From IMG/VR virus record IMGVR_UViG_3300023094_000009, positions 64,001-128,000 of that record: a DNA stretch of 64,000 bases. One strand, 5' to 3'. This stretch comes from a virus. The notes beneath the pieces were generated by a model. It was not told the origin of the DNA, made no database searches, and saw only the letters and a program-made list of their open reading frames with translations. Both the position numbers and the translations under genes were made by a program. Below, in pieces: positions 36,416-46,572 of the stretch (within the stretch, counting starts at the first letter, position 1; every line of letters begins with the position of its first letter).

Positions 36416-39400
36416 AGAAATCTCTATTAGTTATTCCAATTCGATAAAACATCTTGTATTGTGAAAACTCATCTTGTACAAGTCTGCTCAGGAAGTAATC
36501 CCCTCTCAACCTGTCTTTCCAATAAGTGTCATATTCCATGGCATCAGGATTCAATGTCTTGTTGATTTGAACATTATCATTAATCCAGATCGGGAATCCT
36601 GACCTCTCATTTTTCACATGATTGTAGATGTAGTTAAAACTCCATCTTCCCTCAATTTCACTTTGCAGGATATCAGTTGCATCAGTATTTTGTTTAGGAA
36701 ATTCGTCCCACTGGCTCATGTCATTTTCTTTCTCAATTGTAAGGTTTAACTGCCCTGTGTTTTGAAAGGAATTGTAAATATAAGCTTTATTGAAACCTTT
36801 ATCAACTATATCAGCAAAATCATAATAATTGTAATACCTTCTCACCTGCAAATAAAATTCCATACTTTCAAATAGGGAATTTGTTGCATTAGTCTGTGAA
36901 GAGGTTTCTACAATAAAAGGATACAGACTGCCATAAAAAACTTGATATGAGTTGAACAAGGGGTGGTGTGTCCATAGTCCATTATCTAATCCTGTGCTGT
37001 TAACTCCTGTCTGGAAATAATCCGTATATGAATTGTAGTAATTCGGGGTAAAAGAATAATAAGAAATCCATGTTTTAGTTATAGGTGAGTATGCCACTGT
37101 CCAGTGAGCTTTTTCAAAATAATCTTCATTCTCAAAGGATATTTGAGTGTAGTTTACTGGTGCAAAAACCTCCCTTGTGCATATGTCGCAAACTTCATCT
37201 CCAACAGGTGTGAACCCTTCTGGGCATTCATAAACCACTTCTTCAAAAAATTCATCTTCAAACTCCGTGGAGTATATGTAGTTCAAGTCAGAGTAGCTTG
37301 TTGCATCTCTTAGTTCTTGTGCTGTGTTGTTTAAAATGGCTCCTCCAAACATTGCATCGGATCCTTGGTTAAGTCCTTCCAAAGTTACAATGTGACAACC
37401 TTCTGTCAGTCTATATGGATATATATGCACCTGACGAAATGTTTGTGCCAGATAGGCTCCGGGAGAACCAGTATGTTGAGGGCCAATTGCGGTTGCATCT
37501 GAGGTGAGGATAACAACTCCATCTACACTGAATCTGAATAGGTTGTCTGCTGCTAGAATTACGTAGTAGGTTTTAGTTTCTGGTACATCAATCAAGGTAG
37601 ATCCTCCATACCATACATTTAAGTCATAGGCTCCATCCACCCATTTTCCAAACTTAGTGGTGAGCCTGTTGGCTACAACTCCACTTCCTGTCCAAAATAA
37701 TTCAGGTAAAACTTCAAATGTGAATCCTGTTGGAGACATTACATTTACATTTGCTGTTCCATTTGAATTGTAAACTGAATATAGGGCAGGTTGTTGCATC
37801 CCATGCGCTGAATTACCAGCGTTTATGAGTGGAAATCCTTCACCTATTTGTATCTTTTCTGATTCTTCAACCATAACACATTGTCCATCAATCAAGGTAT
37901 ATCCTTCTGGACAAGATATCTCTCCTTCATAGAATCCCAATTCCTCCGAATAGTTTAAATCCTTTACTTTTGGAATGTAATCAAGCTTTGTAAGGAAAAC
38001 CCTTTTTAGCCTGTCATCCCATCCCAAGGAAAGTCCAAGTCCTGCATAAGCCCTGTCCACATTTACTTGTGGGTAAGTTTGAAGGATTTTGAAGGGTAGA
38101 TGTTCCTTGAACCATTTGTCCAAGCTAATGGAAATTTCAGGCATTTCTTTGGCATTAGGTGAAAGTTCAAAAACTTTTCCTCTTTTAGCGTCTGCCCAAT
38201 AGTGTCCGAAGGGTGTACTCGTTATTGCCTTGTGCTGTGTTCCTCCATAACCTAAATCAGTCTTGTTAAAGTTTAATGCTCTTTCTACAAATATCCCTCC
38301 TATTCCAAGCTGTGAATTTGTTGATGTAAGCCTGTCTCGCAATTGGTCAACTGCTCCAAGGATGGATATTCCATCTGTAAATCTGAATAATATTTGCTCA
38401 GATTCAATTCCCCTCACATCAATTAAAGTTCCGTATTCATTGCTGAATCTGTAAAAGTCTAGAGCCTTGTAATTTAACCAAGGACTTCTTGTAAGGGAGT
38501 TGTCATTGTCCTGTTGAGAGTATATAACAGCATTACTCAAGTCATCTTTTTTATCCCACAACTCCTTGCTATAATTTACAGGTAGCAGATCAGATAATTT
38601 TCTATGCACTCTGGATGAGAATATTCTGTTGTATCTGAATGTTTCTTTTTCGCGAATTGAAAACCTGTCTTCCTGAAGCCAATCAAGTGTATCATCAGCA
38701 TTCGGATAGAAGTTTTCATGTTCTTCCACGCCTGCATACCTGTTCCAGCAATTCACTTCACTTTCCACCAAAAAGTATGGACATCCAAAATAGTTGACAA
38801 GAAACTTGTTGTCATCCTTTATGTAGAATTCATTGTTATTGTTTTCCGTTACCCATTGACTGCCGTCCCATAAGCTATAAGCACTCTTGATGTCAGGAAA
38901 GAGTAAGCCGGAAGCCGAGAAGGTGTCTTCTGCTGTCTTGAAATCTATGAATCCCCTCCCTATGTTGAATCCTGTATTAATGTTGAAATAACTTGAATAC
39001 TTGAAGGGGGTGTCAAATTGTTGCTTGTAAGCTGTTTCTGTAAAGAATGGGAATTTCCTTACAACAGAGTGTCTTGTAATGTAGGTGTCTCCTCCATAAA
39101 TGATTTCGCATTCATTGTCCTGATCTAAAACTCCACAATATCCTGTGTTGAGCCATGAAATGCTGTTTACTTCTCCATATTGGTTTGGAGTGTATTGCTT
39201 CATTGTCCCATAAGGAGAGTATGTATTTAATGTGTAAACACCTAGTTTTCCTGTTTCCTGTGTTGGAATATTTAATCTAGAGGTATCATTGAATGAATAG
39301 TTGAAAGGATAGATGTCCTGTGTTTTGAAGAACACTGCTTTCTCTCTTTGAAAGTTGTTTACAAAGTATCTTGTTCCTGTTGTTTCTTGTGTCAGTCTTT

Positions 39401-42400
39401 TATTCCCCGTGTTTAGGTATGAGCTGATCTCAAGTCCTCTAAGGATAGAGTTTTGTGTAGTGTTTGGAGTAAAATTATAATATTGTCCTTCCGCAAGTCC
39501 TATATAAGCGTGATTGTATCCTGCCCCAAGTTGCTGGAAAGTATTTAGCCACTCATACCTATAGTTTCCAAATCTGAAAAGAGTTGAAATTGTGAATGAT
39601 ATACCAGCAGCAATTGCAGCAGCAACAGCTAAAGGTGCAGAAATTCCCCCTGCGGAACCTTGTACTAAAAGTGTAGATGCGAATTCTAAAACTTCTGCCG
39701 TTACTTCCAAACCTGCCAAAGTTGTTGCCAATGTTCTGGAACGTCTTCCTAAGATGGAATATTTTGGATGATTTTTGTAAGGTGCAAATGAATTATAAGA
39801 AACTCCTGTCTGGTATCCGTCAATTCCTAGCTCAAATGTTAGTGTCGGATTTTCGTAGGATGTATCAGGCGACTGAAAGGAAAACATAAAGTTTCCAACT
39901 TTTGATGCAGAATTTGCATTTAAATTGTCAAGTTGACGAGAATCATTTAACGGATAATTTTGATAATAGGTAGTCCCACCACTCCTTGCTACATCTACAT
40001 AGCTCATCATATTGAATAGGATGCCTTTTGCTATGACACTTCTTTCAGTTGTTCTATCTCCCCGAAAAATTTCATAGCCCACAATGTCATTTCTTTCTTC
40101 TATTGAGAGATATCCATTTGTCACTGCAATATCTAAAAATGAATTGATTGTTTCATTGTCAACAACAAATCCAATTGGATAAATTATACTTTCATTAGAA
40201 ATATTATCCACAGATGCAAAAGCGGACATGAATGGAGAAACAACATTACTTGGAAACTTGTAGTGCCTTATCTGCTTGTCCATGAAGTTGGCTTCAGAGG
40301 TGAAAACATAATTTCCATCTCCGTCAACTTGTGGTGCTGCACTTCCTCCTGTCACATAATAATCTTCAAAATCATCCCTTATGGATGACAAAATGTCAGA
40401 AGGTTTTATTTTAATACCGCTACTGTCATATAATTCCTCATTACAAGGGTATTTAATTCCAGACTCCCAATAAGAAAATTTTCCATATTGATACGGTATT
40501 GGATCGCAATCAGATAGTTCCTGAACCTCGTAAGTACATTCTGCTTCATAAGTGTACTCTTTTGCAAAGGTGATGCTGTCATAAGCTACCACAGAAGTGT
40601 AGATAACCTCTCTTTTATAAATAGCAAAGCACCCACAAGGCGGTTGCAATGTGTGATATTCTTCTTCGTTTGATTCCACCAAGAGCAAATCCCCTGTTAC
40701 ATTGGCAACAACAATTGTATCATACAAGTCTTCACTCATTCGGAGTGTTATTGTTGTTCCGGCTAGGTTGTGAAGAATCCCTTGAGCATTCCATCCTACA
40801 ACACTGGCTGAATAAAAGTTTGCCGTAGTTGTAGCTAAATCTGTATTGAATGTTGCTGTATAAACATCGCCATCAATAGTTAATGTTGATGTTCCTGAAG
40901 TTCCTGTTATATTTAGATCAAACTCATGATCACTTCGCATTGGTGAATCCACAACAATGTAAGCATTGCCTGTAAAGTCTGCACTTTCAAGTTCTATAAA
41001 CCTATCGGTGTCAACTAAATCTGTCAGATCTGTAATTATTCTACCATAAGCAGGTTTTTCAGTAAGGGTTGGGCATCCGTCAAAAACTGTAATCCTGACA
41101 CTGTTAGAGGTGTTGTCATCCGTGGCATTGCAGATCACTTGACTTAACTCTACAATTATTCTATCAGACGTCAGAAACTGAGCCTGAAAGTATACAGCAT
41201 TGCTGTGAAGGAATGGTTCAAATACATCTGATGTAAGTGTAACAGCTTGAGAAGTGATAAGTGGTGCTTTAGTTCCTATTGAAGCTTCATCTTTCAAGTG
41301 GTATCCTGTCCCTGCAACACCTGCAAAAAAGGTTTCAATTATTGGCGCAACATTACAGGAAGTGTTTGATGGAGTCGTCTTTTCATTTACAGAAGATCCT
41401 GCCGGAAGTGCATTTTCAATTTCTGTGTCTGTAACAGGAGGTTCAACCAAAGAATCACAAGACTCTGGGGGAAGTATCTGCGGATATTCACTTTGAGGAA
41501 CACTTACATCCTCCACTCTTTGATTTTCCACACCTGTCACCACAATCACCTCACTCACCAAAGTCGGTTCTTCACAGGTATCTCCAAATTCAGGAATACA
41601 TTCTTCATAGTAGGAGTCTTCTGTCAAGGCATCCTTAATGTCTGCCAAAGCAGGATCAGAGGAAGCTAGAATTTCTGCTCTGTTCTCCTCTATCCATTGT
41701 GCTATGCCTATACTGAATGATTCTGGAATTATTCCTTCCTCGATTACATGACCTTCTGCAAGACAGCTTTCTGTTTGAGTTATGACTTGTTCTTCTGTTG
41801 TTGCGGTTCCTTGAGGGCATACTCCTTCTACTTCTGAGGTGTCATAGAATTGCCAAATCTTATTTCTTATCTCCTCTGAACAATTAGATGCTGATGCAGT
41901 GATAGATAGATAGTTGGTGTCATCTTCTTCTACTTCGGCGATTTCTCCCGCAAGAGGGGGTCTTGGTATGAACAGGAAGTTTGGGGTCTTGTATCCTCCC
42001 CTTTTCTTGAATACAATTGACAGAGGGAATACTTCTTCTCGTGGATAAGTTTTGTAGTTGGCAGAAGCTATTCCATTTTTATAGAGTTTTTCCAGAGATC
42101 TGCTTGATCCCCACTTCACAAAAGAGCCTAAAAAGTTTACAATTGGTTGCAGGTTAATTTCTCTGTGAGGAGTAAGACCATGCTGAAAAAGGTATCCTCC
42201 AACATCTGAAAGCCCGTCTGCTGAAAGATAAACTGTCCTTCTTCTCAAAAGTTCCTCCACTGTCACCGTATCTCCGTTCTGGATTGATGTCTGACTTGAA
42301 ACCGTAAACTCTGTCTGGCTTGTGGAATAGATTCCATAAGGGATGTATATTGGCGCAGGATTGTTTCCTGACCTGTATATAATTACAATTTTATAGAAAT

Positions 42401-43298
42401 CATAATTTAGGTCAAGGTTACTAACTTCTACAGAGAAAGCCTGATTGGTTCTGTAATCAAGTGATGTCTGATCCAGTACATTATTATTGTAATCAATTAT
42501 TGAGACATAGTTTGTGAAGGCTATGTAGTCTGAAATCTCTTCTCCTGAAATTGTGGAGTAAGCCAAGGCAACCTCGTAAATACCAGACTGGAGATTTCCT
42601 CCTCCCTGAATTATTTTAGGATCGAGGCAAGGAAAGTTGTAAAGATTAAAAATTCTTATGTCATCGCATTTAAGGCATACAGCTGTACTTTCACCTGTAC
42701 ATTCATCTTTGTTGAAGAAGTAGTCAGCAATGTAATCCAGTTTAATGTATCTCTGAGGCTTTCCTATCTGCGTAAAATATAATTCGTCACCACTTATGGA
42801 ATGACGGATAGAAACGTCTGTAACAGGTTCATTCAAGCTGAATCCCAAACAGCCTGTGCATTCTTCTAGTTCTTCACAATAATCAGATATGATGGTGATG
42901 TATTCGCATATACCTTCCTGAATTATGTTTTCAAGCCCATCCTCCACAACAACTGACAAGGTGCAATTGCATTCCTTGGTTACAATCTGTGTTGGATCAA
43001 GCGTAAAGTTCATGTTGATGTATCCGATTTCTGAACATCCGGTTATTGGATTTGTCAGAAAGAAATATGTCCTGTTTCTTACTCGGTCATATTTATGTTT
43101 CACCACAAAATATCCATCCTTGAATCCTGTACATTTAAGATTCGAGGGTTCATTGACAAGAATTAAGTCCCCGTCTCCATGACCTTCCTGAATGTTTGCA
43201 TTGAGGGCAAATGTGTATTCTTGTGCTGTAACTTCCGAGGGGTGAAAGTTTCTGTTCATTCCCTTCTTAGGAGTAATATTTTGTGATTTCTTAATCAT
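36408..43298 (-). CDS. tail stabilisation/muzzle protein (crAss-like)
   Basis: 2296 aa. KGMN start, GG.L.SG.Y, YPREEV, IRHYKFP, GGDTYI, GYGGTQH, WISYYSF.P and RLRGDY patterns. Follows the tubular protein. Confidence 0.82.
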   Translation of the reverse strand: MIKKSQNITPKKGMNRNFHPSEVTAQEYTFALNANIQEGHGDGDLILVNEPSNLKCTGFKDGYFVVKHKYDRVRNRTYFFLTNPITGCSEIGYINMNFTLDPTQIVTKECNCTLSVVVEDGLENIIQEGICEYITIISDYCEELEECTGCLGFSLNEPVTDVSIRHSISGDELYFTQIGKPQRYIKLDYIADYFFNKDECTGESTAVCLKCDDIRIFNLYNFPCLDPKIIQGGGNLQSGIYEVALAYSTISGEEISDYIAFTNYVSIIDYNNNVLDQTSLDYRTNQAFSVEVSNLDLNYDFYKIVIIYRSGNNPAPIYIPYGIYSTSQTEFTVSSQTSIQNGDTVTVEELLRRRTVYLSADGLSDVGGYLFQHGLTPHREINLQPIVNFLGSFVKWGSSRSLEKLYKNGIASANYKTYPREEVFPLSIVFKKRGGYKTPNFLFIPRPPLAGEIAEVEEDDTNYLSITASASNCSEEIRNKIWQFYDTSEVEGVCPQGTATTEEQVITQTESCLAEGHVIEEGIIPESFSIGIAQWIEENRAEILASSDPALADIKDALTEDSYYEECIPEFGDTCEEPTLVSEVIVVTGVENQRVEDVSVPQSEYPQILPPESCDSLVEPPVTDTEIENALPAGSSVNEKTTPSNTSCNVAPIIETFFAGVAGTGYHLKDEASIGTKAPLITSQAVTLTSDVFEPFLHSNAVYFQAQFLTSDRIIVELSQVICNATDDNTSNSVRITVFDGCPTLTEKPAYGRIITDLTDLVDTDRFIELESADFTGNAYIVVDSPMRSDHEFDLNITGTSGTSTLTIDGDVYTATFNTDLATTTANFYSASVVGWNAQGILHNLAGTTITLRMSEDLYDTIVVANVTGDLLLVESNEEEYHTLQPPCGCFAIYKREVIYTSVVAYDSITFAKEYTYEAECTYEVQELSDCDPIPYQYGKFSYWESGIKYPCNEELYDSSGIKIKPSDILSSIRDDFEDYYVTGGSAAPQVDGDGNYVFTSEANFMDKQIRHYKFPSNVVSPFMSAFASVDNISNESIIYPIGFVVDNETINSFLDIAVTNGYLSIEERNDIVGYEIFRGDRTTERSVIAKGILFNMMSYVDVARSGGTTYYQNYPLNDSRQLDNLNANSASKVGNFMFSFQSPDTSYENPTLTFELGIDGYQTGVSYNSFAPYKNHPKYSILGRRSRTLATTLAGLEVTAEVLEFASTLLVQGSAGGISAPLAVAAAIAAGISFTISTLFRFGNYRYEWLNTFQQLGAGYNHAYIGLAEGQYYNFTPNTTQNSILRGLEISSYLNTGNKRLTQETTGTRYFVNNFQREKAVFFKTQDIYPFNYSFNDTSRLNIPTQETGKLGVYTLNTYSPYGTMKQYTPNQYGEVNSISWLNTGYCGVLDQDNECEIIYGGDTYITRHSVVRKFPFFTETAYKQQFDTPFKYSSYFNINTGFNIGRGFIDFKTAEDTFSASGLLFPDIKSAYSLWDGSQWVTENNNNEFYIKDDNKFLVNYFGCPYFLVESEVNCWNRYAGVEEHENFYPNADDTLDWLQEDRFSIREKETFRYNRIFSSRVHRKLSDLLPVNYSKELWDKKDDLSNAVIYSQQDNDNSLTRSPWLNYKALDFYRFSNEYGTLIDVRGIESEQILFRFTDGISILGAVDQLRDRLTSTNSQLGIGGIFVERALNFNKTDLGYGGTQHKAITSTPFGHYWADAKRGKVFELSPNAKEMPEISISLDKWFKEHLPFKILQTYPQVNVDRAYAGLGLSLGWDDRLKRVFLTKLDYIPKVKDLNYSEELGFYEGEISCPEGYTLIDGQCVMVEESEKIQIGEGFPLINAGNSAHGMQQPALYSVYNSNGTANVNVMSPTGFTFEVLPELFWTGSGVVANRLTTKFGKWVDGAYDLNVWYGGSTLIDVPETKTYYVILAADNLFRFSVDGVVILTSDATAIGPQHTGSPGAYLAQTFRQVHIYPYRLTEGCHIVTLEGLNQGSDAMFGGAILNNTAQELRDATSYSDLNYIYSTEFEDEFFEEVVYECPEGFTPVGDEVCDICTREVFAPVNYTQISFENEDYFEKAHWTVAYSPITKTWISYYSFTPNYYNSYTDYFQTGVNSTGLDNGLWTHHPLFNSYQVFYGSLYPFIVETSSQTNATNSLFESMEFYLQVRRYYNYYDFADIVDKGFNKAYIYNSFQNTGQLNLTIEKENDMSQWDEFPKQNTDATDILQSEIEGRWSFNYIYNHVKNERSGFPIWINDNVQINKTLNPDAMEYDTYWKDRLRGDYFLSRLVQDEFSQYKMFYRIGITNRDFYA

Positions 43299-44173
43299 CT
43301 TCTTCTGCCAATAACTGTGTAAGCATTTACAATCTGATTATCTTGGTATGATATCTTGTTTCCAAGTCTCTTCCAGTTCAGGTTGTTTGATTTTACTTCT
43401 GTTTGCGCGTTATGTCTTGCAGATCTTTCTTCCTGCTTCCATGGAGCATACAGACTCATAAGTCCTGCCACATTTTCTCCATTTGCTATAATCATTTCCG
43501 CTGTGGAAATCTTTAGGCGTAATTCTAGATATCTTTCCAAGTATCCATTTGGTGATTCTGGGATTTCAAGATTACCTTCCTTGTCCACAGGGAATCCATT
43601 GTATCGGATATAAATGTCACCTTCCTGAAAGTTTGCCCTTAATTCTCCGTTTATGATTGTAATTTCATCCTTGTCGCAATCATCATACATTTTTCTGTAT
43701 CCATCGAGACAATGCTTCTTGTCAAATGATTTGCTTAGCTTTAGGTATTTACCTTTCCGGTAATCAAACTTTGCAACTGAATTCTTGAAGTAAACTTCTT
43801 TCCTTACATATTCATCTGTCACTTCATGGCAACAGTCTTGGCACTCATTCCATCTGTCCTTTATCTGCTTCTCGTTCTGAATAAATCCTAGTCCAATCAA
43901 TGTCCTGTATTCTATTCCTCCCATGTCACATTTCTCAGGAGTACACATCATGGCAAGAGATAGCTTAAAGAAATTGTGTGGCAGATCAACTCTTCCATCC
44001 TTCAAGGTCAATACGTCTTCCTGCTGATAGCAGATATCGTTTCCAAAGGCTTTCAGTGACTGAATAATTTCTTTGTAAAGGTCATCTTCATCCACTAGCC
44101 CTGCGGTATCGTATTTTGCAAATGTTTTTTTAGTCTGAGCTACAAGGGCATCTACATTTCCTTTTAAATCCAT
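43295..44173 (-). CDS. tail tubular/ring protein (P22 gp4-like)
   Basis: Synteny with muzzle; NFQEGDIYIRY.G.PVD..G...IP motif. Confidence 0.75.
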   Translation of the reverse strand: MDLKGNVDALVAQTKKTFAKYDTAGLVDEDDLYKEIIQSLKAFGNDICYQQEDVLTLKDGRVDLPHNFFKLSLAMMCTPEKCDMGGIEYRTLIGLGFIQNEKQIKDRWNECQDCCHEVTDEYVRKEVYFKNSVAKFDYRKGKYLKLSKSFDKKHCLDGYRKMYDDCDKDEITIINGELRANFQEGDIYIRYNGFPVDKEGNLEIPESPNGYLERYLELRLKISTAEMIIANGENVAGLMSLYAPWKQEERSARHNAQTEVKSNNLNWKRLGNKISYQDNQIVNAYTVIGRRR

Positions 44174-44607
44174 TTTGTTTTCTTTAGAGAATAGTGGAAT
44201 GATTTATATCTTTTTCCGGCTTGGATGTTTTCTTTCAGTTTTTGTTTGTAGGCGCTTGAGAATGTCTTGTCCATCGTCCATTCTGATCTTGTCCTTACAG
44301 GGACATAGGTGGGGAAATATTGCCTGTTGTCAGTTTCAGTGCTGTAAATGTCTTTACTTACTCCAAAGGGATTCCACACCATCTTGCGCGGGCAGAGCCA
44401 GTTAAAGAAATATCCAAGACCTTTTATGTAAACACCTCCCTTTCTTTCCAGAGTCTCTTCAGCTATAATGTCAAAAAATTCCTTTACAACTTTAAAGTAT
44501 TTATCTCTTCCCTGAATCTTGAATTCCTTATTTATAGTGTTCCTGTATAAGGTGTATTCTGGTTTTTCTTTTAGAGATCGGGGAATGTATCGTTCTTCAC
44601 CTGTCAT
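44164..44607 (-). CDS. IHF/HU-like basic protein of the crAss-like tail module
   Basis: VYIKGLGYF motif; conserved position. Confidence 0.6.
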   Translation of the reverse strand: MTGEERYIPRSLKEKPEYTLYRNTINKEFKIQGRDKYFKVVKEFFDIIAEETLERKGGVYIKGLGYFFNWLCPRKMVWNPFGVSKDIYSTETDNRQYFPTYVPVRTRSEWTMDKTFSSAYKQKLKENIQAGKRYKSFHYSLKKTKWI

Positions 44608-45344
44608 CTAACTGTTGCTGATTTTTGATTCTCATCCATATTCGGATTTTCATCTTTTGGGATTGAAACCACTGTTGACATTAATTCTTGTAAAGTCATT
44701 GCCCTTACATTTTCAAGTAGGAGATCTGTTATAGGAAATTTCATATCCCACAAAGACTTACAATCATCTTTTTTCTTCTTGTCTCCGCATCCACAGTCTT
44801 CCACTTCCTCTTCATTTATGGCAATCATTCGGATTTTAACTGCTTCAATGTATTCAGTGATGAAAAGGTGTCCGTCTTCTATAAAATAGAAATAATCGTT
44901 TCCCGGTTTCTTGTATTTTAATTTTTTGCGGTTTTTAATCAATTCTGGGGTGGATGAGATAAACTCAATACTGTCATCAATGGAGTTAATAGAGAAAATA
45001 GCAATACCTGTCCTTCCATAAATTGTTTCAGGTATTTTACTAGTGGACTTCATTAATGTATTGCAATTGCTCAAATCAACAGAACAACATTCAATCCTGT
45101 CAACTTCTTCCATCTCAAAACAAGGGATGACAGAAATAAGATCAAAAGCATTTCTGAGCTTGAATTCATCTACTCTCTGTGCTAGAAGCATCTTTGCTTT
45201 TGACTTCCCTATGTGTAGAACGCTTCGTCTGCTAACCCACGTATCTTTGGACAACATTTTCAGCTCATTTATAATCCCTGATACAAAATCACCATTTGTG
45301 GCACCTCCCATACTTGATGAGCTTCCTTTTAAATTATTTTTCAT
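44604..45344 (-). CDS. tail ring/adaptor protein (start 45344 or 45311)
   Basis: Synteny; PCFEMEEVD...CC, KIPE and YFYFIEDGHLF patterns. Confidence 0.7.
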   Translation of the reverse strand: MKNNLKGSSSSMGGATNGDFVSGIINELKMLSKDTWVSRRSVLHIGKSKAKMLLAQRVDEFKLRNAFDLISVIPCFEMEEVDRIECCSVDLSNCNTLMKSTSKIPETIYGRTGIAIFSINSIDDSIEFISSTPELIKNRKKLKYKKPGNDYFYFIEDGHLFITEYIEAVKIRMIAINEEEVEDCGCGDKKKKDDCKSLWDMKFPITDLLLENVRAMTLQELMSTVVSIPKDENPNMDENQKSATVR

Positions 45345-45400
45345 AATTCTCTATTAGCGATTGCCCTCGCTGTTTAATTGTTAAACTTGCTTCAAAGTCT
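45280..45400 (-). ncRNA. putative TnpB omegaRNA plus guide (boundaries approximate)
   Basis: GAGGGCAATCGCT at the tnpB 3' end, then GAAGCTCAT-caagt-ATGGGAGGTGCCAC resembling IS200/IS605 right ends. Confidence 0.5.
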
Positions 45401-46437
45401 GCATTACCTTCATGATTGCATTTTATACATTTGAAGCTCTCTTGTGTTTTTCTGTTCTCCTTTGAGATGTGTCCACACTTTGAGCATTCCTGTGAAGTGT
45501 ATTTAGCATCTACCTTAATTACATTTGTTTTGTAAGATAAATATTTTCCAAATTTGTACCAACTGACATCCGAGATAGATTTTGAGTAATTCTTATCTTG
45601 AATCATTTCTGAAATTTTCAAGTCCTCTACAAAAACTGTTTGATAATTGTTAGCTAAACTTCTTGAGACTTTATGCAAGTAATCCTCTCTAACTCTCTGG
45701 ATTTTTAAGTAAACTTTTTTTACTTTCTCCACCTCCTTGTAAAAATTATTAGATCCTTTTTTCTTTAGAGATAATTTTCTTTGAACTTCAGCTAATTTAT
45801 CTGCATATTTTTTGGTTGTTTTTATATTTTCAAAAAACTTACCCTCAGAGGTAGCTACAAAATGTTTAATTCCTAAATCAATTCCTACTTCTGCTTGATT
45901 CTTGCATTTTTGGACTTCATGGTCGGTAATTATTTGTAGGTAGTACCCATCTGCTTTTTTGACTACTCTTGCTAATTTTATGTTTCCACTTATTTCTCTG
46001 CTTTTAAATATTTTTATTTTTCCTATTTTAGGTAAGATAAATCTACCATCTTTTTCAAACCTTAAACTGTGATGATTAGTTTTAGTATTTCCTTGCTTGA
46101 ATTCTATGGATTTCCAATCTTTCTTTTTAGCCCATTTTGGTGGATTTGTTTTAACACCTTTTTTTAAATCTGCATAAAATTTATCGTATCCTCTATATAA
46201 TCTTTCGATAATTCCTTGTAGTGTATGAGATTGGACACCCTTAATCCAAGTAAATTCCTTTTTTAGTGCAGGTAGTTGTTTCATTAAATCAAACTTACCT
46301 AAGCTTAAACCTTGTGAATAAGCATATTCCTTTGTTTCTTTCGCTAAATTATACACACAACGAGTTGTATTTAAATGGTCTTCAAACTTTTGTGTTAAAG
46401 TATGGGTTGTTTTTATTTTAAAGGTGTATGTGAGCAT
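45334..46437 (-). CDS. tnpB: RNA-guided endonuclease TnpB (IS200/IS605 family), solo
   Basis: HTH N-terminus (RCVYNLA); RuvC GIDLG / VEDL / NADFEAS intact; CSKC...CIKC zinc finger; no tnpA nearby. Confidence 0.95.
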   Translation of the reverse strand: MLTYTFKIKTTHTLTQKFEDHLNTTRCVYNLAKETKEYAYSQGLSLGKFDLMKQLPALKKEFTWIKGVQSHTLQGIIERLYRGYDKFYADLKKGVKTNPPKWAKKKDWKSIEFKQGNTKTNHHSLRFEKDGRFILPKIGKIKIFKSREISGNIKLARVVKKADGYYLQIITDHEVQKCKNQAEVGIDLGIKHFVATSEGKFFENIKTTKKYADKLAEVQRKLSLKKKGSNNFYKEVEKVKKVYLKIQRVREDYLHKVSRSLANNYQTVFVEDLKISEMIQDKNYSKSISDVSWYKFGKYLSYKTNVIKVDAKYTSQECSKCGHISKENRKTQESFKCIKCNHEGNADFEASLTIKQRGQSLIENYEK

Positions 46438-46459
46438 TAGTTGGTTTAAAATCTTCTAT

Positions 46460-46468
46460 GTAAAATTA
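46460..46468 (-). promoter_or_regulatory. putative promoter TAATTTTAC
   Basis: Same 9-mer at 32620-32628; TAATTTTAT at 55984-55992; each precedes an operon start. Confidence 0.5.
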
Positions 46469-46516
46469 GGAAGAAATTTACTCATTTTAAAATTAATTAC
46501 GTTTTACTACATAATC

Positions 46517-46544
46517 AAAAAGACCACTTTTGAGGGTGGTCTTT
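46517..46544 (-). terminator. intrinsic terminator
   Basis: AAAGACCAC...GTGGTCTTT plus T-run. Confidence 0.75.
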
Positions 46545-46572
46545 ATCTTATATTTTATAAATGAAAAAGTTT

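Noticed and set aside
45334-46437. tnpB as Cas12f or nuclease-dead TldR
   Set aside because: No CRISPR array nearby, and all three RuvC acidic residues are present
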